A stretch of 64,000 nt of DNA from Candidatus Sysuimicrobiota bacterium (GCA_040289515.1 PSLI01000005.1:1-64000), one strand, 5' to 3'. Positions 29,881 to 40,008 are shown, counted from the first letter of the stretch. The notes: generated by a model from the letters alone, not told the origin. Translations and numbers: made by a program.

Positions 29881-30351
29881 ATGCGGGCGGTGGTGCTGCT
29901 GGTAGCAACGTTGGTCTGGGCGACCGCTGCGGCCGCGCCCGCGAAGCGCGGCACGGTGGTCCTGGTGGACGGGGGCCGGCGGGTCAGCCTGGAGGTGGAA
30001 GTGGCGGACACCCCCACCACCCAGGCCCGTGGGCTCATGTACCGCACGTGGCTGCCAGAGTACGCCGGTATGCTGTTTGTGTTCGACGCACCCCAGCGCC
30101 TGGCGTTTTGGATGAAGAACACCCGGATTCCCCTGTCCATCGCCTTCATCGACAGTGCGTGGCGCATCGTGGACATTCAGGATATGGACCCGCCCGCGCC
30201 GGGCGGTGAGCTCCCCATCTATGTGTCGCGCCGGGAAGCGCAGTATGCCCTGGAGGTCAACCAGGGATTCTTCGCCCGCCACGGGATCGGCATCGGCGCC
30301 CGGGTGGTGTACCGGCCGTGCACCGCCCGGATGCTCCTGGCCGCACAGTGA
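29881..30351 (+). CDS. DUF192 family protein
   Basis: EVADT...RGLMYR, GMLFVF, FWMKNTRIPLSIAFID, LEVNQG. Confidence 0.9.
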   Translation: MRAVVLLVATLVWATAAAAPAKRGTVVLVDGGRRVSLEVEVADTPTTQARGLMYRTWLPEYAGMLFVFDAPQRLAFWMKNTRIPLSIAFIDSAWRIVDIQDMDPPAPGGELPIYVSRREAQYALEVNQGFFARHGIGIGARVVYRPCTARMLLAAQ

Positions 30352-30812
30352 CCGCCCGGTCCGGGGCGTTCCTGCTTTTCTGCGCTGCGTCGGTGGCCTA
30401 CTCCCCAACTGCCCGCACGTCCCTGTGCCTGCCCTCGGACGGCCGGTTTGAACTCCGCTACCTGCACTCCGTGGAGCGTACCCCGGTGGTGGAGCGGTAC
30501 CGGGTGGCGGCCGACGGGACCCTGTGGCTGGAGGGCATGCGTTTCCGCTCCTCCGGCTGGGGATTCCCATCGGAGGGCTTCCGCCGGCACGGCGCGTGGT
30601 TCGAGACCACCCACCCGCCCCGGCGCCTAGACGGGCTGGTCCTCCGGGTCAGCCGCCTGAGCCGGCAGGAGCTGCGCGCAGGCGTGCGGGTGCTGGCGCT
30701 GTACCCGCTCGCCCGGGAGGGGGCGGCGCTGCGGGTGGACCCGTTTACCCGGGGCCGTTGCCCCCGCGGCCTGATCCTGCGCTCGGTGGCGCGGGGCCGT
30801 TCGGTCCGCTAG
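30348..30812 (+). CDS. DUF1850 family protein
   Basis: FELRYLHSVERTPVVERY...SSGWGFP. Confidence 0.75.
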   Translation: MTARSGAFLLFCAASVAYSPTARTSLCLPSDGRFELRYLHSVERTPVVERYRVAADGTLWLEGMRFRSSGWGFPSEGFRRHGAWFETTHPPRRLDGLVLRVSRLSRQELRAGVRVLALYPLAREGAALRVDPFTRGRCPRGLILRSVARGRSVR

Positions 30813-30877
30813 CATAGTTAGTTGGCTTCCGGGAGCCGGAGCCCGCGGATGAGTTTGCACACCGGAGGAGGATCCGC

Positions 30878-33208
30878 ATGTCGGAGGCAAAGATCGTCCT
30901 GCCACCGTTTGGCACCGCGGAGCTGGTGGCTTTGTGGCTGGTCCTGGGCTCCGCGGTGCTGGCCCTGGCGTACGGGTGGGCGCTGCGCCGGCGCGTGCTG
31001 AGCCGGGATCCTGGACCCGAGGCCATGGTAGCCGTGGCCAGGGCCATCCAGGAGGGCGCCCACGTGTACCTGTCACGCCAGGCCCGCACCATGGCGTGGT
31101 TCGTGCTCCTGCTAGCCGTGGCCCTGTACGCCCTGTACGCGCCCCTGTACCGGGACCGGCCTTCCCTGGCACTGGGCGTGGCGGTGGCGTTCCTGATGGG
31201 CTGCCTGGCCTCCTACGGCGCGGGCTACGTGGGGATGACCTCCGCGGTTCACGGAAACGTGCGGGTGGCCAGCGCCGCACGCCGCTCGTTTAAGGAAGCG
31301 CTGGAATTGGCCTTCCAGGCGGGGACCATCTCCGGCATGTTCACCGTAGGGCTGGGGCTGCTGGGAGCGGTGGTCATCTTCCTGTTGTTCCGGGAGCACG
31401 CCATGCGGGTCCTGGTGGGCTTCGGGTTCGGCGGCTCTTTGGTGGCGGCCTTCATGCGGGTCGGCGGCGGGATCTACACCAAGGCCGCGGACGTGGGTGC
31501 GGACCTGGTGGGGAAGCTGGAAGCTGGGATCCCGGAGGACGACCCACGGAACGCGGCGGTGATCGCGGACAACGTAGGCGACAACGTGGGGGACTGCGCG
31601 GGGATGGCGGCGGACGTCTTCGAGTCCTACGAGGTCACCCTGGTAGCAGCCATCCTCCTGGGCGCCGCCACCCTCCTGGAGCCCACCTTCCGCGCCCGCT
31701 TCCCCACCGAGGCGGCCGCGCAGGCTTTCGCCCTCAAGCTGGTGGTCTTCCCCTTCCTGGTTCGCGCGGTGGGCGTGTTCGCCTCGGTGGTGGGGACCTG
31801 GGTGGTGCGGGGTTCCCACGAGGCTGTCGGCGACCCCATGAAGCCCATCAGCCGGGGCTTCTGGACCGCTGCGGGTCTGGCAACGGTGGGGTTCGGGCTG
31901 CTGAGTGCCTTCTACCTGGGCGACGGGCGCTACTTCCTGGCCACCTTCACCGGCATCCTGCTGGCGGTGGTCATCGAGCGGATCACGGACTACTACACCC
32001 ACACGGACCGCGCGCCCGTGACGGAGATCGCGTACTCCAGCAAGACGGGCGCGGCCACCTTGCTCCTCACGGGGATGGGGCTCGGAATGGAGTCCAGCGT
32101 GGGGTCCGTAGCGGCCATCGGCGCCACCATTCTGACCAGCTTTGCCATTTTCGGCGGTGACCCGGCCCTGTCCGCGTACGGCATCGCCCTGGCAGGGCTC
32201 GGGCTGCTCACCACCACGGGTTTCATCCTGGCGGAGGATACCTACGGGCCCATCGTGGACAACGCCAACGGGATCTTCGAGATGTCCGGGGTGGAGCGGG
32301 GCGACAGCCTCGCGGGCCGGGTGGTGGCGCGCCTGGACCAGGTGGGCAACACCACCAAGGCCCTCACAAAGGGGTTCGCCATCGGCACCGCGGTGGTGGC
32401 AGCCACCGCCCTGTTCCGGTCCTACCTGACGGAGGCGCAGCTGTTCGCGGATCCCCGGGAGCTGTCCCAGGCTGTCGCTTCCGGCAGCTCCGCGCTCCTC
32501 CAGGCCCTGGAACGGGTTGGCATCCAGGTGAATCTGCCTTCGGTGTTCGTGGGCCTGCTCCTTGGGGGCGCGGTACCATTTCTGGTGTCCGCCTTCCTCA
32601 TCCGGGCCGTGGGACGGTCGGCCTTCCACGTGGTGGAGGAAGTGCGCCGCCAGTTCCGGGAGATCCCCGGCCTGCTGGAGGGGCGGGCCCGCCCGGAGTA
32701 CTCCCGCTGCGTGGACATCGTGACAGCGGCGGCGCAACGGGAGCTGATTCCCTCGGCCCTGGTGGCCCTGGCGGCACCCGTGCTGGTGGGGTTCTCCCTG
32801 GGGGCGGCGGCGCTGGGAGGGTACCTGGCCGGGGCGATTCTCACCGCCCAGCTGCTGGCGGTGTTCATGGCCAACACCGGCGGCGCGTGGGACAACGCCA
32901 AGAAGAAGATCGAGGACGGTTACCTGGGTGGCAAGGGTACCGAGGCGCACCGGGCCGGAGTGGTGGGGGACACCGTGGGCGACCCCCTCAAGGACACCGC
33001 GGGACCCGCACTGAACCCCATCATCAAGGTCATGAATCTGGTGGCCCTGCTCATCGCGCCCGTGCTGGTGCGGCCGCTGCCTGTCCTGGTGGGGGTCGCC
33101 GTGGGTGCGGGAGCCCTCGGTGCCATCGCGCTGGCGGTGTGGATGAGCAAGCGCGGCACACGGGTGGAAGCCCCGCAGGCCCAGCGGGCCCCTGCGGCCT
33201 CCGGCTAG
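30878..33208 (+). CDS. hppA: Membrane-bound pyrophosphatase, probably K+-independent H+-PPase
   Basis: GGGIYTKAADVGADLVGK, EDDPRN, DNVGDNVGD; GNTTKA has Lys at the K+-dependence position. Confidence 0.93.
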   Translation: MSEAKIVLPPFGTAELVALWLVLGSAVLALAYGWALRRRVLSRDPGPEAMVAVARAIQEGAHVYLSRQARTMAWFVLLLAVALYALYAPLYRDRPSLALGVAVAFLMGCLASYGAGYVGMTSAVHGNVRVASAARRSFKEALELAFQAGTISGMFTVGLGLLGAVVIFLLFREHAMRVLVGFGFGGSLVAAFMRVGGGIYTKAADVGADLVGKLEAGIPEDDPRNAAVIADNVGDNVGDCAGMAADVFESYEVTLVAAILLGAATLLEPTFRARFPTEAAAQAFALKLVVFPFLVRAVGVFASVVGTWVVRGSHEAVGDPMKPISRGFWTAAGLATVGFGLLSAFYLGDGRYFLATFTGILLAVVIERITDYYTHTDRAPVTEIAYSSKTGAATLLLTGMGLGMESSVGSVAAIGATILTSFAIFGGDPALSAYGIALAGLGLLTTTGFILAEDTYGPIVDNANGIFEMSGVERGDSLAGRVVARLDQVGNTTKALTKGFAIGTAVVAATALFRSYLTEAQLFADPRELSQAVASGSSALLQALERVGIQVNLPSVFVGLLLGGAVPFLVSAFLIRAVGRSAFHVVEEVRRQFREIPGLLEGRARPEYSRCVDIVTAAAQRELIPSALVALAAPVLVGFSLGAAALGGYLAGAILTAQLLAVFMANTGGAWDNAKKKIEDGYLGGKGTEAHRAGVVGDTVGDPLKDTAGPALNPIIKVMNLVALLIAPVLVRPLPVLVGVAVGAGALGAIALAVWMSKRGTRVEAPQAQRAPAASG

Positions 33209-33270
33209 CTTCATGTGCTCCGTGGCGGAGGTGGAGAACACCTGCTAGGCTGTTAGTTGTGCGGAGCGCC

Positions 33271-33897
33271 GTGCACGTCCCGCGCCAGGGAAGTCTACGC
33301 GGATGGCCGTGGACGCTTGCCGCTGCAGCTTTGTGCGTGGCGGCCCTGGCGGCTTCTGGCCGGGCACAGCTGCTGGCCACGGGGCGATTCGCGGTGGTCC
33401 CGGAGGACTCCCGCATCGAGCTGTTCGTTCGGGACAACGTGGGCGGGTTCCGGGTCCGGGCGCGCGAGTTCGAGGGCACTGCGGTGGTGCGCCAGACGGG
33501 CGAGCGCAGCTTCGTGGCGGACCTGGAGCTGGTGGTGTCCAGCCGGTCGGTGACCACACACCTGGCTCTGCGGGATAGCCAGATGCACCGGGAGCAGCTC
33601 CTCACCGAGCAGTTCCCTACCATCACCTTCCAGGGCGTAGTCACCACGGACTCCGCGCGGGTGGTGGGCACGTTCCCCGCCACGGTCCACGGCCGCCTCA
33701 CCCTGCGGGGCGTCACGCGCCAGGTATCCGCCCCTGTGCAGGTGACACCCCTGCCGGACGGCTTCCGGGGTCGGACCGAGTTCGACCTGCGCATGTCCGA
33801 CTACGGCATGCCCGTTCCCCGCTTCCTGTTCTTCGTGGCCGAAGACGTGGCCCGGGCCACGGTGGAGCTCCGGCTGCGCGCCACCGGCCGGCCGTAG
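33271..33897 (+). CDS. YceI family protein
   Basis: Signal peptide, RDSQM...FPTITF, GRLTLRGVTR, MSDYGM; start approximate. Confidence 0.8.
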   Translation: MHVPRQGSLRGWPWTLAAAALCVAALAASGRAQLLATGRFAVVPEDSRIELFVRDNVGGFRVRAREFEGTAVVRQTGERSFVADLELVVSSRSVTTHLALRDSQMHREQLLTEQFPTITFQGVVTTDSARVVGTFPATVHGRLTLRGVTRQVSAPVQVTPLPDGFRGRTEFDLRMSDYGMPVPRFLFFVAEDVARATVELRLRATGRP

Positions 33898-33963
33898 CCC
33901 CCATACGGTCCGGTCCGCGGCGCGATACAGTGGATTCGAAAAACCCGCCAGGAGGCCGACACC

Positions 33964-35073
33964 GTGCAGTACCGGCGCCTGGGCGCGCGGGAAGCCCAGG
34001 ACACGCCTTTGGGTCGTGTCCTGCAGGAGAGGACCCGGGAGGGCGAGCTGTACCGCCCCCTGGAGGGGGGAAAGGTAGAGTGCTTCGCCTGCGGTCACCG
34101 GTGCGTGGTGTTCGAGGGCCTGCCCAGGGTGTGCCGGGTGCGGTTCAACCGCGGCGGGAAGCTGTACGTGCCGTGGGGCTACGTGGGCGCCCTGCAGCTG
34201 GATCCCATTGAGAAAAAGCCCTTCTTCCACGCGTACCCGGGGGCGCGCACCCTCAGCTTCGGGATGCTTGGCTGCGACCTCCAGTGCCCGTACTGCCAAA
34301 ACTGGCAGATCAGCCAGACGCTACGGGACCCGGTGGCCACACGCCTGGCGGACTACACCCCCATTACCCCCGAGGAGTTCGTGCAGCTGGCGCTGCGTTC
34401 CGGTGCCCGAGTGCTCACCAGCACCTACAACGAACCTCTCATCACCAGTGAGTGGGCGGTGGCGCTGTTCCGGGAGGGACGGCGTTACGGGCTCGTGGGC
34501 AGCTACGTCTCCAACGGCAACGCCACGCCCGAGGTCCTCGACTACCTCCGCCCGTACGTGGACCTGTACAAGGTGGACCTCAAGTCCATGCGGGAGGACC
34601 GTTACCGCGTGTTGGGCGGTCCGCTGCGGACGGTCCTGGACACCATCCGGCGGGCGTGGGAGCAGGGGTTCTGGGTGGAGGTGGTGACCCTGGTGGTGCC
34701 GGGTTTCAACGACGACCCCGCGGAGCTGCAGGAGGCAGCCGCATTCCTGGCCAGCGTGTCGCCCTTCCTCCCGTGGCACGTGACCGCCTTCCACCCCGAT
34801 TACCGCATGACCGAAACCCCCACAACACCCCCGCACACCCTCCTCCGGGCCGCGCGGATCGGGCAGGAGGCGGGCCTGCGGTACGTGTACGTGGGCAACC
34901 TCCCCGGTCAGGTGGGCCGGTATGAAAACACGTACTGTCACGGGTGCGGTGCGCTCCTGGTGGAGCGCCGGGGGTTCCAGGTGCTTCAGGACCGCCTCAC
35001 CCCCACGGGGGGCATCTGCCCGGACTGCGGGGTCCGCATCCCGGGCGTCTGGGGCGCTCCGGCCACCACCTAG
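33964..35073 (+). CDS. amrS: AmmeMemoRadiSam system radical SAM enzyme
   Basis: DPIEKKPFFH, GCDLQCPYCQNWQISQ, TYNEP, WHVTAFHPDYRM. Confidence 0.88.
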   Translation: MQYRRLGAREAQDTPLGRVLQERTREGELYRPLEGGKVECFACGHRCVVFEGLPRVCRVRFNRGGKLYVPWGYVGALQLDPIEKKPFFHAYPGARTLSFGMLGCDLQCPYCQNWQISQTLRDPVATRLADYTPITPEEFVQLALRSGARVLTSTYNEPLITSEWAVALFREGRRYGLVGSYVSNGNATPEVLDYLRPYVDLYKVDLKSMREDRYRVLGGPLRTVLDTIRRAWEQGFWVEVVTLVVPGFNDDPAELQEAAAFLASVSPFLPWHVTAFHPDYRMTETPTTPPHTLLRAARIGQEAGLRYVYVGNLPGQVGRYENTYCHGCGALLVERRGFQVLQDRLTPTGGICPDCGVRIPGVWGAPATT

Positions 35074-35639
35074 GGCTGGGCTACGTACAGGATGCGGGTA
35101 CCCTCTACCCGTGCGAAGGGAGTCAGGCGATGCGGTTCGCAGCCGCGGTCCGTGATGTGACGGACCTGCCAGCCGCGCACCACGAAGGCGTCTGCCAGCA
35201 GCTGTCGGTGGCAGCGCCACGGGCTGGCCTCCGCACACAGGAGGCTCACCCGCGCCCCGGAGGCCAGGGCTTCCAGCTGTTCCAGAGCACGCTGGAACTC
35301 CGCCGTCAGCATGAAGTCTGCGTAGGCCCGGAACGCTCCCACGCGCCAACCGGTGTTGGGAGACTCCGGGGACGGCCTGCGGAACCCACCCAGTTCTTCC
35401 CGCCACAGGTACCGAATGCCCTCCTCCTCCAGGGCCTCCCGCAGCGCCCGCTTCTGGAAGTGGGGGAAGCGCCGCGACGTGGGCCACCGCCGCACGTCTA
35501 CCACGGCCCCGATGTCGTGGGCCCGCAGCAGCCCCAGGAACTCCGCGAGCCCCCGGGTCGAATGACCCACGGTGTGCAGCGTCCGCGGACCTGCACAGCC
35601 CGGCTTTCCGTTCCGCGTCAGTGCCTCCCGGCCACCCAC
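35070..35639 (-). CDS. DUF488 family protein
   Basis: TVGHSTR, DVRRWPTSRRFP, LGGFR, CAEASPWRCHR; start uncertain. Confidence 0.88.
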   Translation of the reverse strand: MGGREALTRNGKPGCAGPRTLHTVGHSTRGLAEFLGLLRAHDIGAVVDVRRWPTSRRFPHFQKRALREALEEEGIRYLWREELGGFRRPSPESPNTGWRVGAFRAYADFMLTAEFQRALEQLEALASGARVSLLCAEASPWRCHRQLLADAFVVRGWQVRHITDRGCEPHRLTPFARVEGTRILYVAQP

Positions 35640-36415
35640 GACGCTCCCGCGAACAGGAGGATGCTAACCAGGACCACCGCACCGCTGGGAGCCACGTCCA
35701 GGTAGAAGCTGGCCACAAGCCCGCTCAAAACCGCCGCGGCCGCGAACGCCACCGCCAGTCCCAAGGTCGCCCGGAAGCTGCGCGCCAGCCGCATGGCGGT
35801 CAAAGCAGGGATCACCAAAAGGGCGCTGGTGAGCAACACGCCCACCACCCGCATGCCCACCACCACCGTGACGGCCACCAGCACCGTCAGCAGCACGTTT
35901 AGCGCCTCCACGGGCACGCCCTGTACACGGGCCGCCTCCTCATCGAAGGTCAGGGCGAACAGGTCCTTGTAAAAGATCGCTAAGCTGCTGCCTACCACCA
36001 CAGCCAAGACAGCCATCCACACCAGGTCCTGCGGGCCCACCGCGGTCACCGCCCCGAACAAGTACCCCAAAAGGCCCGCGTTCACCCCCCGCGCCAGACT
36101 CAGCAGAACCAACGCCACCGCCAGCCCGCCGCTCAAAAACAGCGCCAGGGCCGCTTCCCCGAACAGTTGGCCGGACGCCCGAAGCCGCTCCACCCCCAGG
36201 GCGCCGATCAGGGCCAGCACCAGAGCACCCAAGGCCGGGGATACCCCCAGCAGGACCGCCGCGCCCACTCCTGCCAGGGCCACGTGGGCCAGGGTGTCCG
36301 CCATGGGGCTCATGCGGCGCAGCACCACAAACACGCCCACCGCCGGGGCCGTCAGAGCCAGCAGCAGCCCCGCGCCCACCGCCCGCAGCATGAACCCGTA
36401 CTGCAGCAGCTCCAC
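35618..36415 (-). CDS. Zn/Mn ABC transporter permease (ZnuB-like)
   Basis: DTLAHVALAG, YLFG, VGVLLTSALLVIP. Confidence 0.9.
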   Translation of the reverse strand: MELLQYGFMLRAVGAGLLLALTAPAVGVFVVLRRMSPMADTLAHVALAGVGAAVLLGVSPALGALVLALIGALGVERLRASGQLFGEAALALFLSGGLAVALVLLSLARGVNAGLLGYLFGAVTAVGPQDLVWMAVLAVVVGSSLAIFYKDLFALTFDEEAARVQGVPVEALNVLLTVLVAVTVVVGMRVVGVLLTSALLVIPALTAMRLARSFRATLGLAVAFAAAAVLSGLVASFYLDVAPSGAVVLVSILLFAGASWVAGRH

Positions 36416-36422
36416 GGCCCCC

Positions 36423-37172
36423 TCAGTGGCGGTGAGCGACCACAAGGCTGCGCGTGCCGTACAGCCGCTCCAGCGTCCCGGCCCGCAGTGCCTCCTCCGG
36501 AGGTCCGTGGAAGAACAGGGTGCGGTTCAGGCACGCCAGCTGCGACACCTCACGCGCCACGGCGGCCACGTCGTGGGAAACGAGCACCACCGTGGTGCCC
36601 CGCTCGCGGTGCAAGTGCCGGAGCAGTTCGTAGAACCGCTCCTCGCCCTCCGGGTCCACGCCCACCGTGGGCTCGTCCAGCAGCAACAACTCCGGCTCGT
36701 TGGCGAGCGCGCGCGCCACGAACACCCGCTGCTGCTGGCCAACGGACAGCTGTCCCACTAGGCGGTCCCGCACTTCCCACAGGCCCGCCGCCTGCAGGGC
36801 TGCCTCCGCGGCCGCGCGGTCCTGGGGGCCGAACCGCCGGCCCACCCCCCCGCGCCCGGCGCGCCCGCTCAGCACCACCTCCAGGATCGTGGCGGGGAAT
36901 CGGGTCTCGAAGGCCACCGCCCTCTGGGGCACGTAGCCCACCCGGTGCCAGTCCCGGAAGCGCCGCAGATCCTGCCCGAACAGCCGCACGTGCCCGCAGC
37001 TGAGACGCACCAGGCCCAACAACGCCCGCAGCAAGGTGGTCTTGCCCGCTCCGTTGGGGCCGATAACCCCCACGAACTCACCCCTGCGGATCCGCAGGTC
37101 CACACGGTCCAGCACCCGCTCCCCGTGGAAGTCCACGCACACGTGCTCCAGCTCCACCACGACGGCGTCCAC
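36423..37172 (-). CDS. Zn/Mn ABC transporter ATP-binding protein (ZnuC-like)
   Basis: GPNGAGKTT, GYVPQ, LSVGQQQR, LLDEPTVGVD, C-terminal HRH. Confidence 0.92.
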   Translation of the reverse strand: MDAVVVELEHVCVDFHGERVLDRVDLRIRRGEFVGVIGPNGAGKTTLLRALLGLVRLSCGHVRLFGQDLRRFRDWHRVGYVPQRAVAFETRFPATILEVVLSGRAGRGGVGRRFGPQDRAAAEAALQAAGLWEVRDRLVGQLSVGQQQRVFVARALANEPELLLLDEPTVGVDPEGEERFYELLRHLHRERGTTVVLVSHDVAAVAREVSQLACLNRTLFFHGPPEEALRAGTLERLYGTRSLVVAHRH

Positions 37173-37226
37173 GGCCTCCTCCCTACCCCACCGCGGCCCC
37201 ATTCTACTGCCCCGCTGCGGGCTGTC

Positions 37227-37628
37227 TTATAGGGTGATCACCTGGTCGGGCGGTTCCGCTTGCAGGGCTGCAAACAGGTCGGGGAAGCACCCCACGTATA
37301 CTCCGTCCACCACGTCCACGGGCTCGCAGGCCGCGGGGGTCTGCCGTCCCGTGCCGTCCGGGTTACACCACCTCGGTTGCCCGCGCGCTAGCCCCCGTTC
37401 CAGTGCGCATGCGTCGCACGCCATCACCAGAATCCTCTGGTCCCGCGCGACCCGGGCGAGCCGCTCTCCCAGCGGATCACCCCGCCGCAGCGCGAAGACG
37501 TTGTCGTCGAAGAAGAACATGGCCACCACGCGGGCTCCGTGAACCCCAGCCTCTAGCTGTGGCAGGATCATCTGACCCAGCTTGTAGCTGGCCGCGCGCG
37601 GCGTCGCAAACACGTAAGCGACCCTCAC
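37227..37628 (-). CDS. DsrE-related (SaoD-like) protein
   Basis: YKLGQMILPQLE, FFFDDN, CDACALERG, GCFPDL; RBS GAGGAGG. Confidence 0.7.
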   Translation of the reverse strand: MRVAYVFATPRAASYKLGQMILPQLEAGVHGARVVAMFFFDDNVFALRRGDPLGERLARVARDQRILVMACDACALERGLARGQPRWCNPDGTGRQTPAACEPVDVVDGVYVGCFPDLFAALQAEPPDQVITL

Positions 37629-37639
37629 CGCACACCTCC

Positions 37640-38566
37640 TCACCGACAGCCCAGCCCGTCCACCAGCTGCCGCAGGTTTTCCTCCATGACGGAGAAGTAG
37701 TCCCTCCCCCGCTGCAGGTCCGCCTCCGAAAGGCCCTCCAGGGGATCCAGCACCAACACCCGAGCTCCCACGTCCTGGGCCAGTCCCTCCATGATCGGCC
37801 TGCCACCCAAGGTTTCCGCGTACACCGCCTGCACCCGTTCCCGCCGCCCCAGCTCCACCAGCTCCCGCAGACGTCGGGGCGAGGGCTCCGCTTCGGGGGC
37901 CAAACCCGCCACCGACTCCCAGTGCAGGCCGTACCGGCGGGTCAGATATCCGAAAGCCGCGTGGGAGGTGATGATCACCCGGCTGCGGCAGCGGCGCAGG
38001 GCCTGCGCGTACCGGCCATGCAGCTCCTGCAGGCGCCTGATGAGCCGCCGGCTCCGTTCCAAATATTCCCTCGCGCCTGGCGGATCCGCCCGCACCAGCC
38101 CCTGCGTCACGTTCCGGACCATCCCCTGAGCCAGCACAGGATCCAGCCACACGTGCGGGTCCAGCGTTCCCGCCTGCTTCTCCTTGTGTCCATCCCCCTC
38201 CGGGTGCTGGCGCTCTGCCTGCGAGCGCAACAAGGGAAGCCCCTCCGTCGCCTCCACCCTCACCGCGTCCGCGGGTAGCTCCGCCGCCACAAGCCGCGCG
38301 ACCCACGGCTCAAGTCCGGCTCCGTTGTATACGAACACCCGTGCACGACCCAGAAGCGCCACGTCGGCGGGCCTCGGTTCGAAGTCGTGCGGAGACACGC
38401 CGTACGGAACCAGCTGTCGGACTTCCACCCGCGGTCCGCCCACCTGGCGTGCAAACTCGTACAGGGGGTAAAAGGAGGCCACCACGGCGATCCTGGCCTG
38501 TGACCCTTGCAACCCGCACCCGGCGAGGAATATGGCGAGGACCACCACCGCGCTTCTCACCCTCAC
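37640..38566 (-). CDS. Zn ABC transporter substrate-binding lipoprotein (ZnuA/AdcA-like)
   Basis: LAGC lipobox, SFYPL, PHDFEP, DPHVWLDP, HAAFGY. Confidence 0.92.
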   Translation of the reverse strand: MRVRSAVVVLAIFLAGCGLQGSQARIAVVASFYPLYEFARQVGGPRVEVRQLVPYGVSPHDFEPRPADVALLGRARVFVYNGAGLEPWVARLVAAELPADAVRVEATEGLPLLRSQAERQHPEGDGHKEKQAGTLDPHVWLDPVLAQGMVRNVTQGLVRADPPGAREYLERSRRLIRRLQELHGRYAQALRRCRSRVIITSHAAFGYLTRRYGLHWESVAGLAPEAEPSPRRLRELVELGRRERVQAVYAETLGGRPIMEGLAQDVGARVLVLDPLEGLSEADLQRGRDYFSVMEENLRQLVDGLGCR

Positions 38567-38985
38567 CTCCCCCGACAGTTGTGGCAGTAGCCCAGGATCT
38601 CCAGCCTGTGGCCGGTCACGAGGAACCCTCCAGCCAGCGTGGCACCCTTTCGGATCGGTACGGGGCAGCGGTCCCAACGCACCAGAGCCCCGCACCCCAA
38701 GCAGACGAGGTGGTGGTGATGCGGCCGGTCCAGCTCGTAGCGCGCCACCCCGCCCTGCTCCCACCGCTGTACCCACCCTTCCCGCGCGAGCAAGCCCAGG
38801 GTGCGGTAGACGGTGACCAACCCTAACTTGGGATGAAGCTGCCGCGCGAGCTGGTAGACGGAGCGCGTATCCGCGGCGCACCCCGCCCGCCAGAGGGCCT
38901 CAAGCACCGCCCGGCGTGCGGCGGTGACCCGCCGCCCCCGCACCTTCCAGGCCTCCAGGAGCGACTTATCGATACTCATTTTCAT
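38563..38985 (-). CDS. Fur family regulator, probably Zur
   Basis: GLVTVYRTL, HHHHLVCLGCG, GYCHNC; heads a znuA/C/B-like operon. Confidence 0.88.
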   Translation of the reverse strand: MKMSIDKSLLEAWKVRGRRVTAARRAVLEALWRAGCAADTRSVYQLARQLHPKLGLVTVYRTLGLLAREGWVQRWEQGGVARYELDRPHHHHLVCLGCGALVRWDRCPVPIRKGATLAGGFLVTGHRLEILGYCHNCRGR

Positions 38986-39020
38986 TTAGAGAGGCTAGCC
39001 TTTCCCGCCGGTGCCGTCAA
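38967..39020 (-). promoter_or_regulatory. Promoter and Fur/Zur-box-like site overlapping the start codon
   Basis: TTGACG-17 nt-TAGCCT, then AAATGAAAATGAGTATCGATA. Confidence 0.6.
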
Positions 39021-39039
39021 GGGCCGCAGGCCGTGCCAT

Positions 39040-39091
39040 GGCTCTGTCCCCTAGGCCCTGTCCCCGGGCTCTGTCCCCAGATCCTGTGCCC
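39040..39091. repeat. Tandem GGCYCTGTCCCC units (3 plus 1 degenerate)
   Basis: Direct reading; units at 39040, 39054, 39067 and a degenerate one near 39080. Confidence 0.9.
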
Positions 39092-39350
39092 GCTCCCAGT
39101 TCCGGCTCGCCCTTCTCCGCCGCACCACTGCCGGTTCAGCCGGGCGATTCTGCGGACTGCTCTCTAGGGAAGGACCGGGCTTGGCACTCTCGCGCCCCTC
39201 GACAAAACGTCCGGGTGCCGCAACCCGCGGTCAAACCATCACGGCACCCCGGGCGCTTGGGCTTCGCTGACTCCCACTCCACCTGGCAGGTGAACTCCCT
39301 ACGTGGCCTTTGTCGGCGGGCAACCCGCGCTCGCCGGTTCGCTACAGCAG

Positions 39351-39950
39351 TTACGTAGGGGCTCGCGGTGTGCCGCGTGATGGTTCCCCACGCTGGCCAA
39401 CCTGCAGGGGTCGGGGCTGGCCTGAGTTCCGTGGAATCCAAGTCAAATCGTCGGACCGAGGGAAGTCTATCAGCTCGCGCAGGCGCGCGGCTGCGGTTAC
39501 ACCATCGGGGCGCCCCGCGTACGCCCCGAAGCTGCTCCATCGGTACTCCTCCGCGTAGTCGACCAAGCCTGCGCGGACCGGGTTGTCGTGAAGGTAGCGA
39601 ACCAGCGCCCACAGGTACCGATCCACGGCGCAGGGCCAGCAACGAAAGCGGCCCTCGAAGACGTGTCCGCTCCGCTGGTAACGCTGGTTGTGCCACTGCG
39701 CGAAACGACCATGCAGGTCGCGCATAAAGCCCGAGAGCACACCATCCGCCGCCCGGAGCAGCAGGTGAACGTGGTTCGGCATCAGCACGTACGCTAGGAT
39801 GTCGATGCCGTGACGTTCCGACATCCGGCGCATAAGTTTCAGATACTCCTCGAAAGCGTCCCGAGTGAGAAAGAGCCGCTCTCGACGGTTCCCCCGGCTC
39901 ACCACGTGGTACACGCCCGCAGATAGATGGCCCCTGGCCCGACGCGCCAC
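39351..39950 (-). mobile_element. HUH/Y1 transposase, RAYT-like (IS200 TnpA superfamily)
   Basis: YHVVSRGN, AYVLMPNHVHLL (HUH), GHVFEGRF, RYLHDNPVRAG (catalytic Tyr), WSS. Confidence 0.9.
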
Positions 39951-40008
39951 GCGTCCCCCCTGCACGTCCCACGTTATTGAACGCCGCATCGGCCGGGTTT
40001 GGAGCCTT

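Noticed and set aside
30813..30877. Ion-sensing riboswitch before hppA
   Set aside because: Short region; I could not match a consensus or find an expression platform
31112..33241. Long antisense and alternative-frame ORFs (this one; also 9617-11302, 53077-54600, 59728-61692 and others)
   Set aside because: Shadow ORFs expected at this GC content opposite well-supported genes
33964..35073. Complete AmmeMemoRadiSam system
   Set aside because: AMMECR1 and Memo partners are not seen in this window
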